Assembly: GCA_964385465.1 (NCBI GenBank)
Contig: CAYLPJ010000011.1
Span: 185-64,184 of the forward strand
Source: an uncultured Planctomycetaceae bacterium
GTDB taxonomy: Bacteria; Planctomycetota; Phycisphaerae; SM23-33
Length of the DNA: 64,000 nt
Direction of reading: 5' to 3'
The notes beneath the pieces are model-generated. The model was not told the origin of the DNA and did no database searches. It saw only the letters and a program-made list of their open reading frames with translations. The position numbers and the translations under genes are program-made. Shown piece by piece: positions 17,633 to 25,153 of the stretch (its first letter is position 1; each line of letters opens with the position of its first letter).

Positions 17633-20600
17633 CTACCGCACTCGCCTCGCGCGACCGAGGGCGTCCAGATCTACCGAATCGAGGGCGAGCAGGTCGACAG
17701 CGGCGCGGTTCGAACGTCCGCCGCGTGAAGCCGATCCGGCCTCGGTCGGCGTCGCTGCGCCGTCGGGCCCACGCCGCGGCCGGGCTTCGGACCGGGACGC
17801 CTCCGGCTCGGCTTGATCGCGTGGACGAATCGCCGGCGCGACATCGAGTGCGCCGACCGGGGCGTCGTCCTCCCCGCCCCGGCGCCGGGGCATCCGCGGC
17901 GCGGGGGTCTCCCGTGTCGGGATGTCCGCGGCGTCACCCTCCGATGCCGCGGCGGGGGCGGCCGGCTCGGGCAACGCGTCGGCCGTCGGGCTGTCGACCG
18001 CCGGCGCGTCGGCCGTCGCCATCGGCGAGGCCGAGCCGAGCGGCGTTGGCGCGGCGGCGGGCTGCGCTGTCGGCGCGGCCGGTGCGGCCTCGGGGGTGGT
18101 GAACATGGGCAGGCTTTGCCCGAGGTTGCTTCGGACGGCGAGGGTGTCGGCGCAGTCGACCCGGCCGTCGCGGTCGAAATCGGCGGGGTGGTCGGCGGAA
18201 TCCTCGCCGAAAGCCCGCTTGAGGGCGATGTAGTCCCAGAAGCTCACGGCCGCGTCTCCGTCGGCGTCTCCGGGCAGCGAGCCGAAGTAGAACACGTCGC
18301 CGGCGGGCAGGCCCAGCCGGCCGCCAGCGGGATCGCTCAGGACCGTCACCTCGAGCCACGCGGCCTCGACCGCCCCGTCGGCGAAGGTCAGCGTGATGCG
18401 GTCGCTGCCGTCGGTGCCTGCGCCGGGCCGAACGGTGACGCTTTGAGGCGCCGGCCCGGCCTGCCAGGCCGACGGATCCTCGCCGGCGCCGACGCGGAAC
18501 TCGAAGTCGCCGGCATCGGGCGCGCCGGCGAGGCCGCGGACGTCGATCATTACGCCCGTGAGGCCGCGGGAGTAGCTGACATAGCTGTCGAAGGTCGCGG
18601 CCTCGCCGGGGAGCAGGGCCCGCTTGCCGGCGGCAATGGCGTGGTCGTCGGCGTCGTTGGCGGCCGGGTCCCCGCCGTCGAGGTCGCTGCCGTTGTAGAA
18701 CACGTGGCGGTCGACGACCTCGGCCTCGGCGGTCCCGCCGGTGGTATCGGCGTCGCGGACGAGCCGGACGAAATTGAACACGCGTCGCACGTCGCCCTGC
18801 GGCCCGTTGCCGGCGTCGGGATAGTCGGCGGGGTCGCCGGTCTTGGGGTCGCTGCGCTGGCAGCCGGCGCCGTGGACGTCCTCGATCGTCGTGCCGTCCA
18901 TCGTCCCCATCCCCCGGCCGAAGGCAACGTACGCGGCGTTGCCGGCCGAGCCGCCGGCCCGGATGTGCGTCGTGCCCGTCCAGTAGAAGCCGTAGTCCGC
19001 CTCGCCGGCGAGGTTGGTGATCCCGGTGGCGTCGAAGAGCGGGTCGATGGCCGCCGAGGTCGTGGTGTCCGGCGAGCGCGAGTAGTCCACGATGCTCTGG
19101 AGTTCCTTGGCATTGGGCAGGCGCCAGTCGCTGTAGCCGAGGTACCCGGCGTCGTTCATCTGCCGGGCGTATGCGAGGGCGTCCTCCCAGTCCATCCCCG
19201 CGCCGCTGTCGGCTTGCGACCACATCAGCGCGGTGGCGTTGTCGGTGATCGTGCCGTCGCCGTTGTCGGCGAACTCGTTCTCGCCGTAGGCCTCGTTGCC
19301 CCGGCAGAAGCGGACGTAGTAGGTCTTGTCGGCCCCGCCGGGCCCACCGGCGGCGGGATAGCCCTTGATCCGCCCGTCGGCGAAGTTCACGCCGAACATC
19401 GCCTGCGTGCCCCCCATCACCGTCGAGACGTACAGCGTGCTCGTCGCCCACTGGGAATCGATGATCCGCTCGCCGGCGCCGGTGTCGCCGTAGGCGAACT
19501 GGAAGACGTCGGCGTCCAGGAACGGCACGAGCCCGTCGTCGTCGGAAGCCATCGGGTCCGGGTCGGTCCCGCGGAAGTCGATCACCGAGTACAGTTCCTT
19601 GATCGACGGCAGCCGCCAGTCATTGAAGCCGCCGTAGCCCGCGGCGTTCAGCGTGTCCACGTAGGCGACCGCCTCGGCGTAGGTGAGCTTGTCGGCGGCG
19701 TCCAACCCGCCGTCGCCGTCCCAGTCGGCCTCCCGCGTCCACGCCAGGCCGGTGACGTTGTCCACCACCGTCAGCCCGTCAGCCGAGACGGTGTAGCTCG
19801 GCTGGTACCCGTCGAACTGCGCATCCTGCCCGTAAAACGCCTCGCCCGCGTCCGGTGCGGCGATCTCGCCGCCGGTGTCGTAGAACGCCGACTGCCCCGT
19901 GTCCACGATCGCATAGGCGACGTCCACCTCGACCTCGTCGTCCAACTCCGTGCCGTCGAAGCCCGCGTACGCCCTGCCGTAGCGGCGGGCCTGGAACATC
20001 CCGGCCGAGTGATCGTGCTCCCAGACCGTCTGCCCGTCGGCATCGACCTCGAAGATGCGCCCGTCCACGCCGTCGCAGATCAGCGTATTGCCGTTGGGCA
20101 GCCGCTGAGCGCCGGAGACGTGGTCGGCGTAGAAGTCCGAGGGCGTCTCGGCCGTGTAGCGCCACGCCGGCTGCTCGGGCCCGTACGACCCGGACGGATC
20201 GAGCGTGTAGGCTCCGGATGCGTCGACCGGCGGGGCGATCTCATCGACCGACGAGTACGCCTCGCCGGGCATGCCCTGGCCGTTGTTGAAGACCAGCACG
20301 TTGCCCTCCCCCGGCGAGCCGGCGGGGATCCACTGCGCGTCGTGCTGGCCGAAGAAGACCTGCTCGTCGGGAGTGCCCGCGTCGTAGGCCTGCGGGTTGC
20401 CCCAGCGGTAGAGCAGGTCGCCGCCGGCGCCGCTGTCCCCGCCGGAGTGCCCGGCCGCCTCGGCGGTGGTCGTGCTGTGGTCGATCACCCAGACCTCCCC
20501 GAAGCTGCGGACGCTGAGGAGGACCTGGTCCAGCGCGGCGTTGTAGTGGATCGCGTTGACGTGCATCCAGTCGGCCCCGGCCCGGCCGGCGACGTAGTTG

Positions 20601-21622
20601 ACGTCGATCAGCTCCGGGTGGTCGGCCACGACGCCGTAGTTGGCCTGCGTCGGGTCGTGGTCCTGGACGAGGTGGTCCCACGCGTGCCATTCCCACACGA
20701 CCTCGCCGCCGGTCGGCCCGGTGGGCCGGACCTCCAGGATGCTGTCCGGCCAGAGCTCCCCGTCGGCCAGCAGGCCGGGGTCCCGCCCCGCGGCGAGCGC
20801 CTCGTCGGCGGTCCGCAGTTCCCATGCGATCATCAGTACATTGCCGTTGGGCAGCATCTCGACGTCATGGTGCGACAACCGGGTGTCGCTGGAGCACGTG
20901 TACTCCCACACGACGTTGCCTTCCCAGTCGAGCTGCTGGATGACGCCGCCGGCCCCGCCGACGTCGAACTGCGGATTGCCCACGTTGCCCGCGCGAAGCA
21001 GCGTGCCCTCCCCGGTCAGATGCGCCGCCATCCCCGGCCGGTAGTCGCTCGCCCAGGAATGCACCACCTCCCCGTCGAGGTCCACCAGGTAGGTCGTGGT
21101 GTCGTTCAGCGGGGCGAACAGCGTATAGCCGTCGTAGGGCTCGCCGACGACGACCGGAGCCTCGCCGGCGATCTCGAAGGCGTCGGCGATCGTGTACGTC
21201 AGCTCGCCCTGCGGGGTGGGAAAGACGACGCCAACCTCCTCGACGCCGCTGACGGCGTCGCCGGGAATATCGAACGCGGCCGTGACGGTCTGGCCATCGC
21301 GCGAAATGCTCGTGCCATCGAGGCTGCCGATCCGCACGGCCGTGGGCTGGATGTGCGACGGCGGCAGCGGGGGCGAGGCGTCGGGGTCGAGGGTCACGGT
21401 GACCACGACGGTGTCGCCCGCCGAGGCGGACGAAGGCGAGACGGAGAGGATCGCCTCGGCGGCGGGCGGCGGGACGTCCTCGGCGACGGTGGCGCCTTGC
21501 TGTACGGCCGTGCCGAACGTCGTCGGGGGCAGGGGCTGAAGCTCGGTTGCGCCGCTGAGCAGCAGCCTGGGCTCGAGGGTCTCCATGCCCGCGAAGGTGG
21601 TCGGTGTCGCGTAGGCCTTCAT
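17633..21622 (-). CDS. 1329-aa chimeric exoprotein: Ig-like module, arylsulfotransferase (ASST)-like beta-propeller, two DUF1566 (Lcl-C) domains, beta-sandwich, dockerin-like repeats, disordered tail
   Basis: AGGAGG Shine-Dalgarno before ATG 21622. ASST-like motifs include SHHDVEMLPNGNVLM and RLPNGNTLICD. DUF1566 signatures: NDWRLPSIKELYSV and SDWRLPNAKELQSI. Dockerin-like pair: DADGDAAVSFWDYIALKRAF and DFDRDGRVDCADTLAVRSNLG. Confidence 0.85.
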   Translation of the reverse strand: MKAYATPTTFAGMETLEPRLLLSGATELQPLPPTTFGTAVQQGATVAEDVPPPAAEAILSVSPSSASAGDTVVVTVTLDPDASPPLPPSHIQPTAVRIGSLDGTSISRDGQTVTAAFDIPGDAVSGVEEVGVVFPTPQGELTYTIADAFEIAGEAPVVVGEPYDGYTLFAPLNDTTTYLVDLDGEVVHSWASDYRPGMAAHLTGEGTLLRAGNVGNPQFDVGGAGGVIQQLDWEGNVVWEYTCSSDTRLSHHDVEMLPNGNVLMIAWELRTADEALAAGRDPGLLADGELWPDSILEVRPTGPTGGEVVWEWHAWDHLVQDHDPTQANYGVVADHPELIDVNYVAGRAGADWMHVNAIHYNAALDQVLLSVRSFGEVWVIDHSTTTAEAAGHSGGDSGAGGDLLYRWGNPQAYDAGTPDEQVFFGQHDAQWIPAGSPGEGNVLVFNNGQGMPGEAYSSVDEIAPPVDASGAYTLDPSGSYGPEQPAWRYTAETPSDFYADHVSGAQRLPNGNTLICDGVDGRIFEVDADGQTVWEHDHSAGMFQARRYGRAYAGFDGTELDDEVEVDVAYAIVDTGQSAFYDTGGEIAAPDAGEAFYGQDAQFDGYQPSYTVSADGLTVVDNVTGLAWTREADWDGDGGLDAADKLTYAEAVAYVDTLNAAGYGGFNDWRLPSIKELYSVIDFRGTDPDPMASDDDGLVPFLDADVFQFAYGDTGAGERIIDSQWATSTLYVSTVMGGTQAMFGVNFADGRIKGYPAAGGPGGADKTYYVRFCRGNEAYGENEFADNGDGTITDNATALMWSQADSGAGMDWEDALAYARQMNDAGYLGYSDWRLPNAKELQSIVDYSRSPDTTTSAAIDPLFDATGITNLAGEADYGFYWTGTTHIRAGGSAGNAAYVAFGRGMGTMDGTTIEDVHGAGCQRSDPKTGDPADYPDAGNGPQGDVRRVFNFVRLVRDADTTGGTAEAEVVDRHVFYNGSDLDGGDPAANDADDHAIAAGKRALLPGEAATFDSYVSYSRGLTGVMIDVRGLAGAPDAGDFEFRVGAGEDPSAWQAGPAPQSVTVRPGAGTDGSDRITLTFADGAVEAAWLEVTVLSDPAGGRLGLPAGDVFYFGSLPGDADGDAAVSFWDYIALKRAFGEDSADHPADFDRDGRVDCADTLAVRSNLGQSLPMFTTPEAAPAAPTAQPAAAPTPLGSASPMATADAPAVDSPTADALPEPAAPAAASEGDAADIPTRETPAPRMPRRRGGEDDAPVGALDVAPAIRPRDQAEPEASRSEARPRRGPDGAATPTEAGSASRGGRSNRAAVDLLALDSVDLDALGRARRVR

Positions 21623-21675
21623 GGTTGCGTCCTCCTGCTTCCGGCAGCCTGGCCGCCTGGGGTCCGATTCGCCGT

Positions 21676-21716
21676 TTCGCCCCTACCAACGGACCGGGCG
21701 GCGGGAACCTGCGGAG
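21676..21716 (-). promoter_or_regulatory. Conserved 41-nt element, copy A (upstream of the giant exoprotein gene)
   Basis: The minus strand reads CTCCGCAGGTTCCCGCCGCCCGGTCCGTTGGTAGGGGCGAA. It matches copy B at 34 of 41 positions, with two fully conserved blocks at identical spacing. It ends 53 nt upstream of ATG 21622. Confidence 0.4.
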
Positions 21717-21831
21717 GAATTGGAGAAATGGCTGCAAATGCCGGCTTGGCCGCATGGCGGGATGCATGTGGAATGCGACAGAGAGGCGGCAGCGGGTTCT
21801 GCCGCGGGCGACCTCTCGCGGCAACCGGGCC

Positions 21832-22401
21832 TCACGGTGCCTTCAGGTCGGCCAGCGTCTCCCGAAGGCGGGCGTAGGCGCGGACGAGGAGGCTCTCGAC
21901 GGCCGAGCGGCTCCAGCCCGTCGCCGCGGCGATCTCCTCGTGGGCGAGCTGCTGGTAGCGGTGCAGCACCAGGGCCGTCCGCTGACGCTCGGGCAAGGCG
22001 TCCACCGCGCGGCGGACGCGGGCGACCGTCTCGGCGCGCTCCATCGGGTCCCCGCCTTCCGCCGCGGCCGGGCGGGCGCCGACGACCTCCAGCGACACCG
22101 GCCGACGCTTCGCGCGGCGCATGCGATCGCGGCAGAGGTTCACCGCGATCCGCGACAGCCAGCCTTTGAACCGCCCCCTCGCCCGGTACCGCCCGGCCGC
22201 GCGGTGGACGCGGAGGAACACCTCCTGGGCAACGTCGTCGGCGGCGTGAGGGTCGCGAAGCATGTGCCACGCCAGCCGCCTGACGCCGTCCTGGTGGCGC
22301 TCGACGAGCGCGCGCAGCGCCGCCGCCCGCCCGGCGGCGACCTGGCGGATCAGTTCCTCGTCCGACGGCTGGCAGTCGGGTTGCACGACGTCGTCACTCA
22401 C
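21832..22401 (-). CDS. ECF-type RNA polymerase sigma-70 family factor
   Basis: Region 2 (DDVAQEVFLRVHRAAGRYRARGRFKGWLSRIAVNLCRDRMR) and region 4 (LPERQRTALVLHRYQQLAHEEIAAATGWSRSAVESLLVRA) are both present. The start is GTG at 22401 (the track shows it as M), with no clear Shine-Dalgarno. Confidence 0.9.
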   Translation of the reverse strand: MSDDVVQPDCQPSDEELIRQVAAGRAAALRALVERHQDGVRRLAWHMLRDPHAADDVAQEVFLRVHRAAGRYRARGRFKGWLSRIAVNLCRDRMRRAKRRPVSLEVVGARPAAAEGGDPMERAETVARVRRAVDALPERQRTALVLHRYQQLAHEEIAAATGWSRSAVESLLVRAYARLRETLADLKAP

Positions 22402-22486
22402 AAGCCGGGGCCGCCCCCGGCCGACGGGGCGGCACTGGGATGCGGATCGCTAAGCGGTCTCAAACAAGTTCGTTGCGGTTCCTGCG

Positions 22487-22541
22487 CCGGACGCGGCTCG
22501 TCCGGCAAGGCGGCCGAAGCAGGCGATGCCGTAGCATCGCC
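22487..22541 (-). terminator. Two adjacent GC hairpins between the LTXXQ gene and the ECF sigma gene
   Basis: GGCGATGC-cgta-GCATCGCC (22522-22541) and CCGGACG-cggct-CGTCCGG (22487-22505), 70-120 nt downstream of the stop at 22610. No U-tract follows. Confidence 0.35.
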
Positions 22542-22609
22542 GATGCAGGCCAACGCGGCCGGGCGAGCCGGGGACCAGCAGGAACGCAACATGACTTATC
22601 TGGGGCCGC

Positions 22610-23251
22610 TCAGGGCCGCGGCGGCGGGAGACGGTCCTCCCCGGCCCCACCGTGACCGCCCCCGGGGCCGTCGTGCGGGCCGTGAGGCGGACGATGGTGC
22701 GGCGGATGCGGCGGCCGAACACGTTCGCCGCCCTTCCGCCCGCCCTGGGGATGCGTGCCCGTCCCGCCGGGGCCCTGGCCGCCCGGCCTCTCGCCCTGGT
22801 CCTTGCGGAGCTGCCGGCTGAGCAGGTGCAGGAGCCGCCCGCGCTGGTCGCGCGTCAGATGAGCGCGGATGGCCAGCACGTACTTCGCCACGCGGCGGTG
22901 CATGGCCAGGTGGGCGGCGGCGAGGGCCTCGAACTGCTCGGCCAAGGCCGCCTCGCTCGCGTCGGCGGACTCCATCAGCGAGGCCAGGCGGAGCTGGTGG
23001 ATGCGGATCTCGCGGTCCAGCCGGCGGATGTCCAGGTGGAAGTCCGGGTCCTCGGCGGCGATGGCGGCCATCTGCTCGTCGGTCAGCTCCAGCCAGCGGC
23101 CCAGGCGGCGTATCTGGGGGCTCGGGGCGTGGGCGCTGGTCGCCGCCGGTTTGCCGGACGGCCCGCCCAGGGCGGTCGTCGCGACGTAGGCGCCTGCCCC
23201 AACGAGCGCCACGGCCAGCAGCAGCAGGAGATTGCGTCGCGGCGTGGTCAT
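22610..23251 (-). CDS. Membrane-anchored periplasmic LTXXQ (Spy/CpxP/ZraP-like) protein with a His/Pro/Gly-rich tail
   Basis: The ATG at 23251-23249 overlaps the upstream stop (ATGA). Anchor RRNLLLLLAVALVGAGAYVATTALG. Two LTXXQ motifs (LTDEQ, LTRDQ). The 61-aa tail contains 7 His. Confidence 0.75.
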   Translation of the reverse strand: MTTPRRNLLLLLAVALVGAGAYVATTALGGPSGKPAATSAHAPSPQIRRLGRWLELTDEQMAAIAAEDPDFHLDIRRLDREIRIHQLRLASLMESADASEAALAEQFEALAAAHLAMHRRVAKYVLAIRAHLTRDQRGRLLHLLSRQLRKDQGERPGGQGPGGTGTHPQGGRKGGERVRPPHPPHHRPPHGPHDGPGGGHGGAGEDRLPPPRP

Positions 23252-23703
23252 TGCGTGTTCCCTTCGTCCTCGTCTCGACCGCTGAGAAGGTCCTGTGCAA
23301 AGGCGTAGACGCCGGTCGTGCCGAATGCGTCCAGATGAAGGTCGTCGGCGACGGTCGAGGCGGTCACCGGCTCGGGGTCGGGCTCGGAAGGCGTGATGCG
23401 CAGGTGGACGCGCCCGGCGACGTGCCCGCCCACGGCGGCCAGGACGATCGCCGCGGCCGCCCGCGCCCACCACGGCAGGTGCGCCCGGCGGGCCTGCTCG
23501 GCGGCGGCCACGTGCGGGTACAGGTCGCGTCGGGGCAGCTCGACGTCGGCCTCGCCGAGCAGGTCCCAGATTTTCGCCAGTTCATCCAGCCGGCGCTGGA
23601 GCTGCGGCGAGCGGGCAAGCTCGGCCTCGATCTCGCACCGCCGGGCCTCGGTGCCGCGCCCGGCGAGGTAGTCGATCAGCTCGATGTCTCTCGGTTCCGC
23701 CAT
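23248..23703 (-). CDS. Putative single-pass anti-sigma factor
   Basis: The N-terminus MAEPRDIELIDYLAGRGTEARRCEIEAELARSPQLQRRLDEL resembles an anti-sigma (zf-HC2-like) helix pair lacking the full zinc ligand set. One TM helix (WWARAAAAIVLAAVGGHVAG) and a short periplasmic tail. The ATG at 23703 is preferred over the GTG at 23712. Confidence 0.6.
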   Translation of the reverse strand: MAEPRDIELIDYLAGRGTEARRCEIEAELARSPQLQRRLDELAKIWDLLGEADVELPRRDLYPHVAAAEQARRAHLPWWARAAAAIVLAAVGGHVAGRVHLRITPSEPDPEPVTASTVADDLHLDAFGTTGVYAFAQDLLSGRDEDEGNTQ

Positions 23704-23766
23704 CAGATGCACCTCGCACGGTCTTTCGGGCCGGCGCGACGAAGGCCGTATCGGCGTGGCGGCGGC

Positions 23767-23796
23767 ATTCTACCGCCGGTCCCGATCGCAGGCCAA
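23767..23796 (-). promoter_or_regulatory. Candidate sigma70-type promoter (TTGGCC-N18-TAGAAT) for the anti-sigma/LTXXQ genes
   Basis: On the minus strand, the -35 lies at 23796-23791 and the -10 at 23772-23767, about 60 nt upstream of ATG 23703 and directly downstream of conserved element copy B. Confidence 0.3.
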
Positions 23797-23813
23797 GGCG
23801 CGTATCCGCCGCG

Positions 23814-23854
23814 TTCGCCCCTTCCAACGCCGCCGGCGGGTGGAACCTGCGGAG
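23814..23854 (-). promoter_or_regulatory. Conserved 41-nt element, copy B (upstream of the anti-sigma gene)
   Basis: The minus strand reads CTCCGCAGGTTCCACCCGCCGGCGGCGTTGGAAGGGGCGAA. See copy A. It starts 34 nt after the DsbD_2 stop and ends 110 nt upstream of ATG 23703. Confidence 0.4.
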
Positions 23855-23887
23855 AAAGTCGGCGGATTCTCCGGCGGGCTCCGGAGG

Positions 23888-24580
23888 TCAGCCCAGCAGC
23901 GGCAGGCCGTAGATGTGCGTCAGGGTCAGGAAGATGCCGGCGGCGATGAGGATCACGCCGGTGGCGGTGCGGAGGACGCGCTCGACCTTGGTCAGCCGAT
24001 CGAAGGCAGCGCCGACGAGCTGCCCCGCGAAGGCGACGAGGAAGGCGAACGCCACCACCGGCAGGGCCGTGCCGATCCCGAACAGGCTGGGCATCAGCAC
24101 CGGCGAGCCGTGGCGGGCGGCCAGGGGGATCAGTGCCCCGAAGAACAGCCCGGCCGAGACGGGGCAGAAGCTCAGCGCCAGCAGGAATCCCATGGCCAGG
24201 GCCCCCAGAGGCCCGGCGGCGGGGAGGCGCTGCCGTGCGGTCGTGCCGGCCAGGTTCAGCGACAGCGTCGAGCCCAGCAGGCCCAGCAGCATCATCCCGG
24301 CGAGGATCAGCACCGGCCCGAGGGCCAGCGCGACGTACCGTTGGAGGAACCGCGCCGCCTCCCCCGCCGCCAGCAGCCCCGCCACCAACAGGCCGCTGAC
24401 CGCCAGGTAGCCTGCGGTCCGCCCGAGCGTGTAGAGCACGCCGCCCAGCAGCACCGCGGCCGGTCGCCCGACGCCGCGGGTGAGCACCGAGATGGCCGCC
24501 ACGTTCCCCGCCAGCGTGCACGGGCCGATCGCCGTCAGCACCCCCAGCCACAGGGCCGCACCGAGTGTAAGCAGGCTCAT
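23888..24580 (-). CDS. DsbD_2/CcdA-family thiol-disulfide electron-transfer membrane protein
   Basis: Polytopic protein of 230 aa with the two family cysteines in TM helices (AIGPCTLAG and LSFCPVSAG). An AAGGAGG Shine-Dalgarno is present and the ATG overlaps the upstream stop (ATGA at 24577-24580). Confidence 0.8.
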   Translation of the reverse strand: MSLLTLGAALWLGVLTAIGPCTLAGNVAAISVLTRGVGRPAAVLLGGVLYTLGRTAGYLAVSGLLVAGLLAAGEAARFLQRYVALALGPVLILAGMMLLGLLGSTLSLNLAGTTARQRLPAAGPLGALAMGFLLALSFCPVSAGLFFGALIPLAARHGSPVLMPSLFGIGTALPVVAFAFLVAFAGQLVGAAFDRLTKVERVLRTATGVILIAAGIFLTLTHIYGLPLLG

Positions 24581-25086
24581 CCGACCTCCTTCGCCGCCCC
24601 GGCTGCTTTGAGCATGGCCCCGACACGTTCGGCCACGCGGGCACGGGCGGCGGCGGGATCGTCGGCAAGCTGGTACAGCTCGTCGAGCAGTTCGTGGTGG
24701 ACCTCACGTCCGTCCCGGTAGTGGACGAGCAGCACGCTGCTGGTGGCGACATCGTAGCGCGAGGCGAAGGCGTCGTTGGTCTCGATGTTGACGTCGCGCC
24801 AGACGACCCGCCCGGCCGCGAGCGGAGCGGCGAGGTCCTCGAACACGGCCTCTCTGGCGGCGGCCTCGATGGCGTTGCACGTCGCGCATCGCTGACTGAC
24901 GTGCAGGTAGTGGACGACCACCCTCTCGCCGGCAGGCGGCTCGCCCGCGGCCGGGGAGACACCGCCGCCCTCGCCGGCGAGGCGGTGCAGCGTCACCTCC
25001 CGCCCGATCGCATAGCCGATGCTCACCAGCACGAACCCGAGCAGCACGCCGGTGACGGCTTTTCTCAGCTTCAGCTTCCCGTTCAT
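24577..25086 (-). CDS. Membrane-anchored thioredoxin-like protein with a CxxC motif
   Basis: The ATG at 25086 sits behind GGAGGA, so it is preferred over the track start at 25125. N-terminal TM helix AVTGVLLGFVLVSIGYAIG. The beta-strand plus CATC arrangement (VVVHYLHVSQRCATCNAIE) is typical of thioredoxin folds. Confidence 0.7.
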   Translation of the reverse strand: MNGKLKLRKAVTGVLLGFVLVSIGYAIGREVTLHRLAGEGGGVSPAAGEPPAGERVVVHYLHVSQRCATCNAIEAAAREAVFEDLAAPLAAGRVVWRDVNIETNDAFASRYDVATSSVLLVHYRDGREVHHELLDELYQLADDPAAARARVAERVGAMLKAAGAAKEVG

Positions 25087-25153
25087 CCGCGGTCCTCCAG
25101 ACCGATTCGGCGTTCCTGTCATCATACCGCGCCGGGGTCGTGTCGCGGCGGGC

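Noticed and set aside
17813-21877. 1354-aa plus-strand ORF opposite the giant exoprotein gene. Similar giant ORFs occur at 38600..42097 (-), 46588..50640 (+), 50406..53021 (-), 52949..55513 (-), 55053..57617 (-), 30544..33885 (+) and 28761..30341 (+).
   Set aside because: All are antisense or off-frame to genes with strong family motifs, and all have the typical high-GC shadow composition (R, G, P, A, V, D). None has a Shine-Dalgarno or a recognisable domain.
22455-22482. A GGAACC box on the minus strand upstream of the ECF sigma gene, considered as the -35 of an autoregulated ECF promoter.
   Set aside because: I could not find a convincing -10 (CGT/GTC-type) at 16-17 nt. The downstream sequence reads ...CTTGTTTGAGACCGC. 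It also does not resemble the 41-nt element found upstream of the neighbouring units. I left it unresolved rather than calling it.
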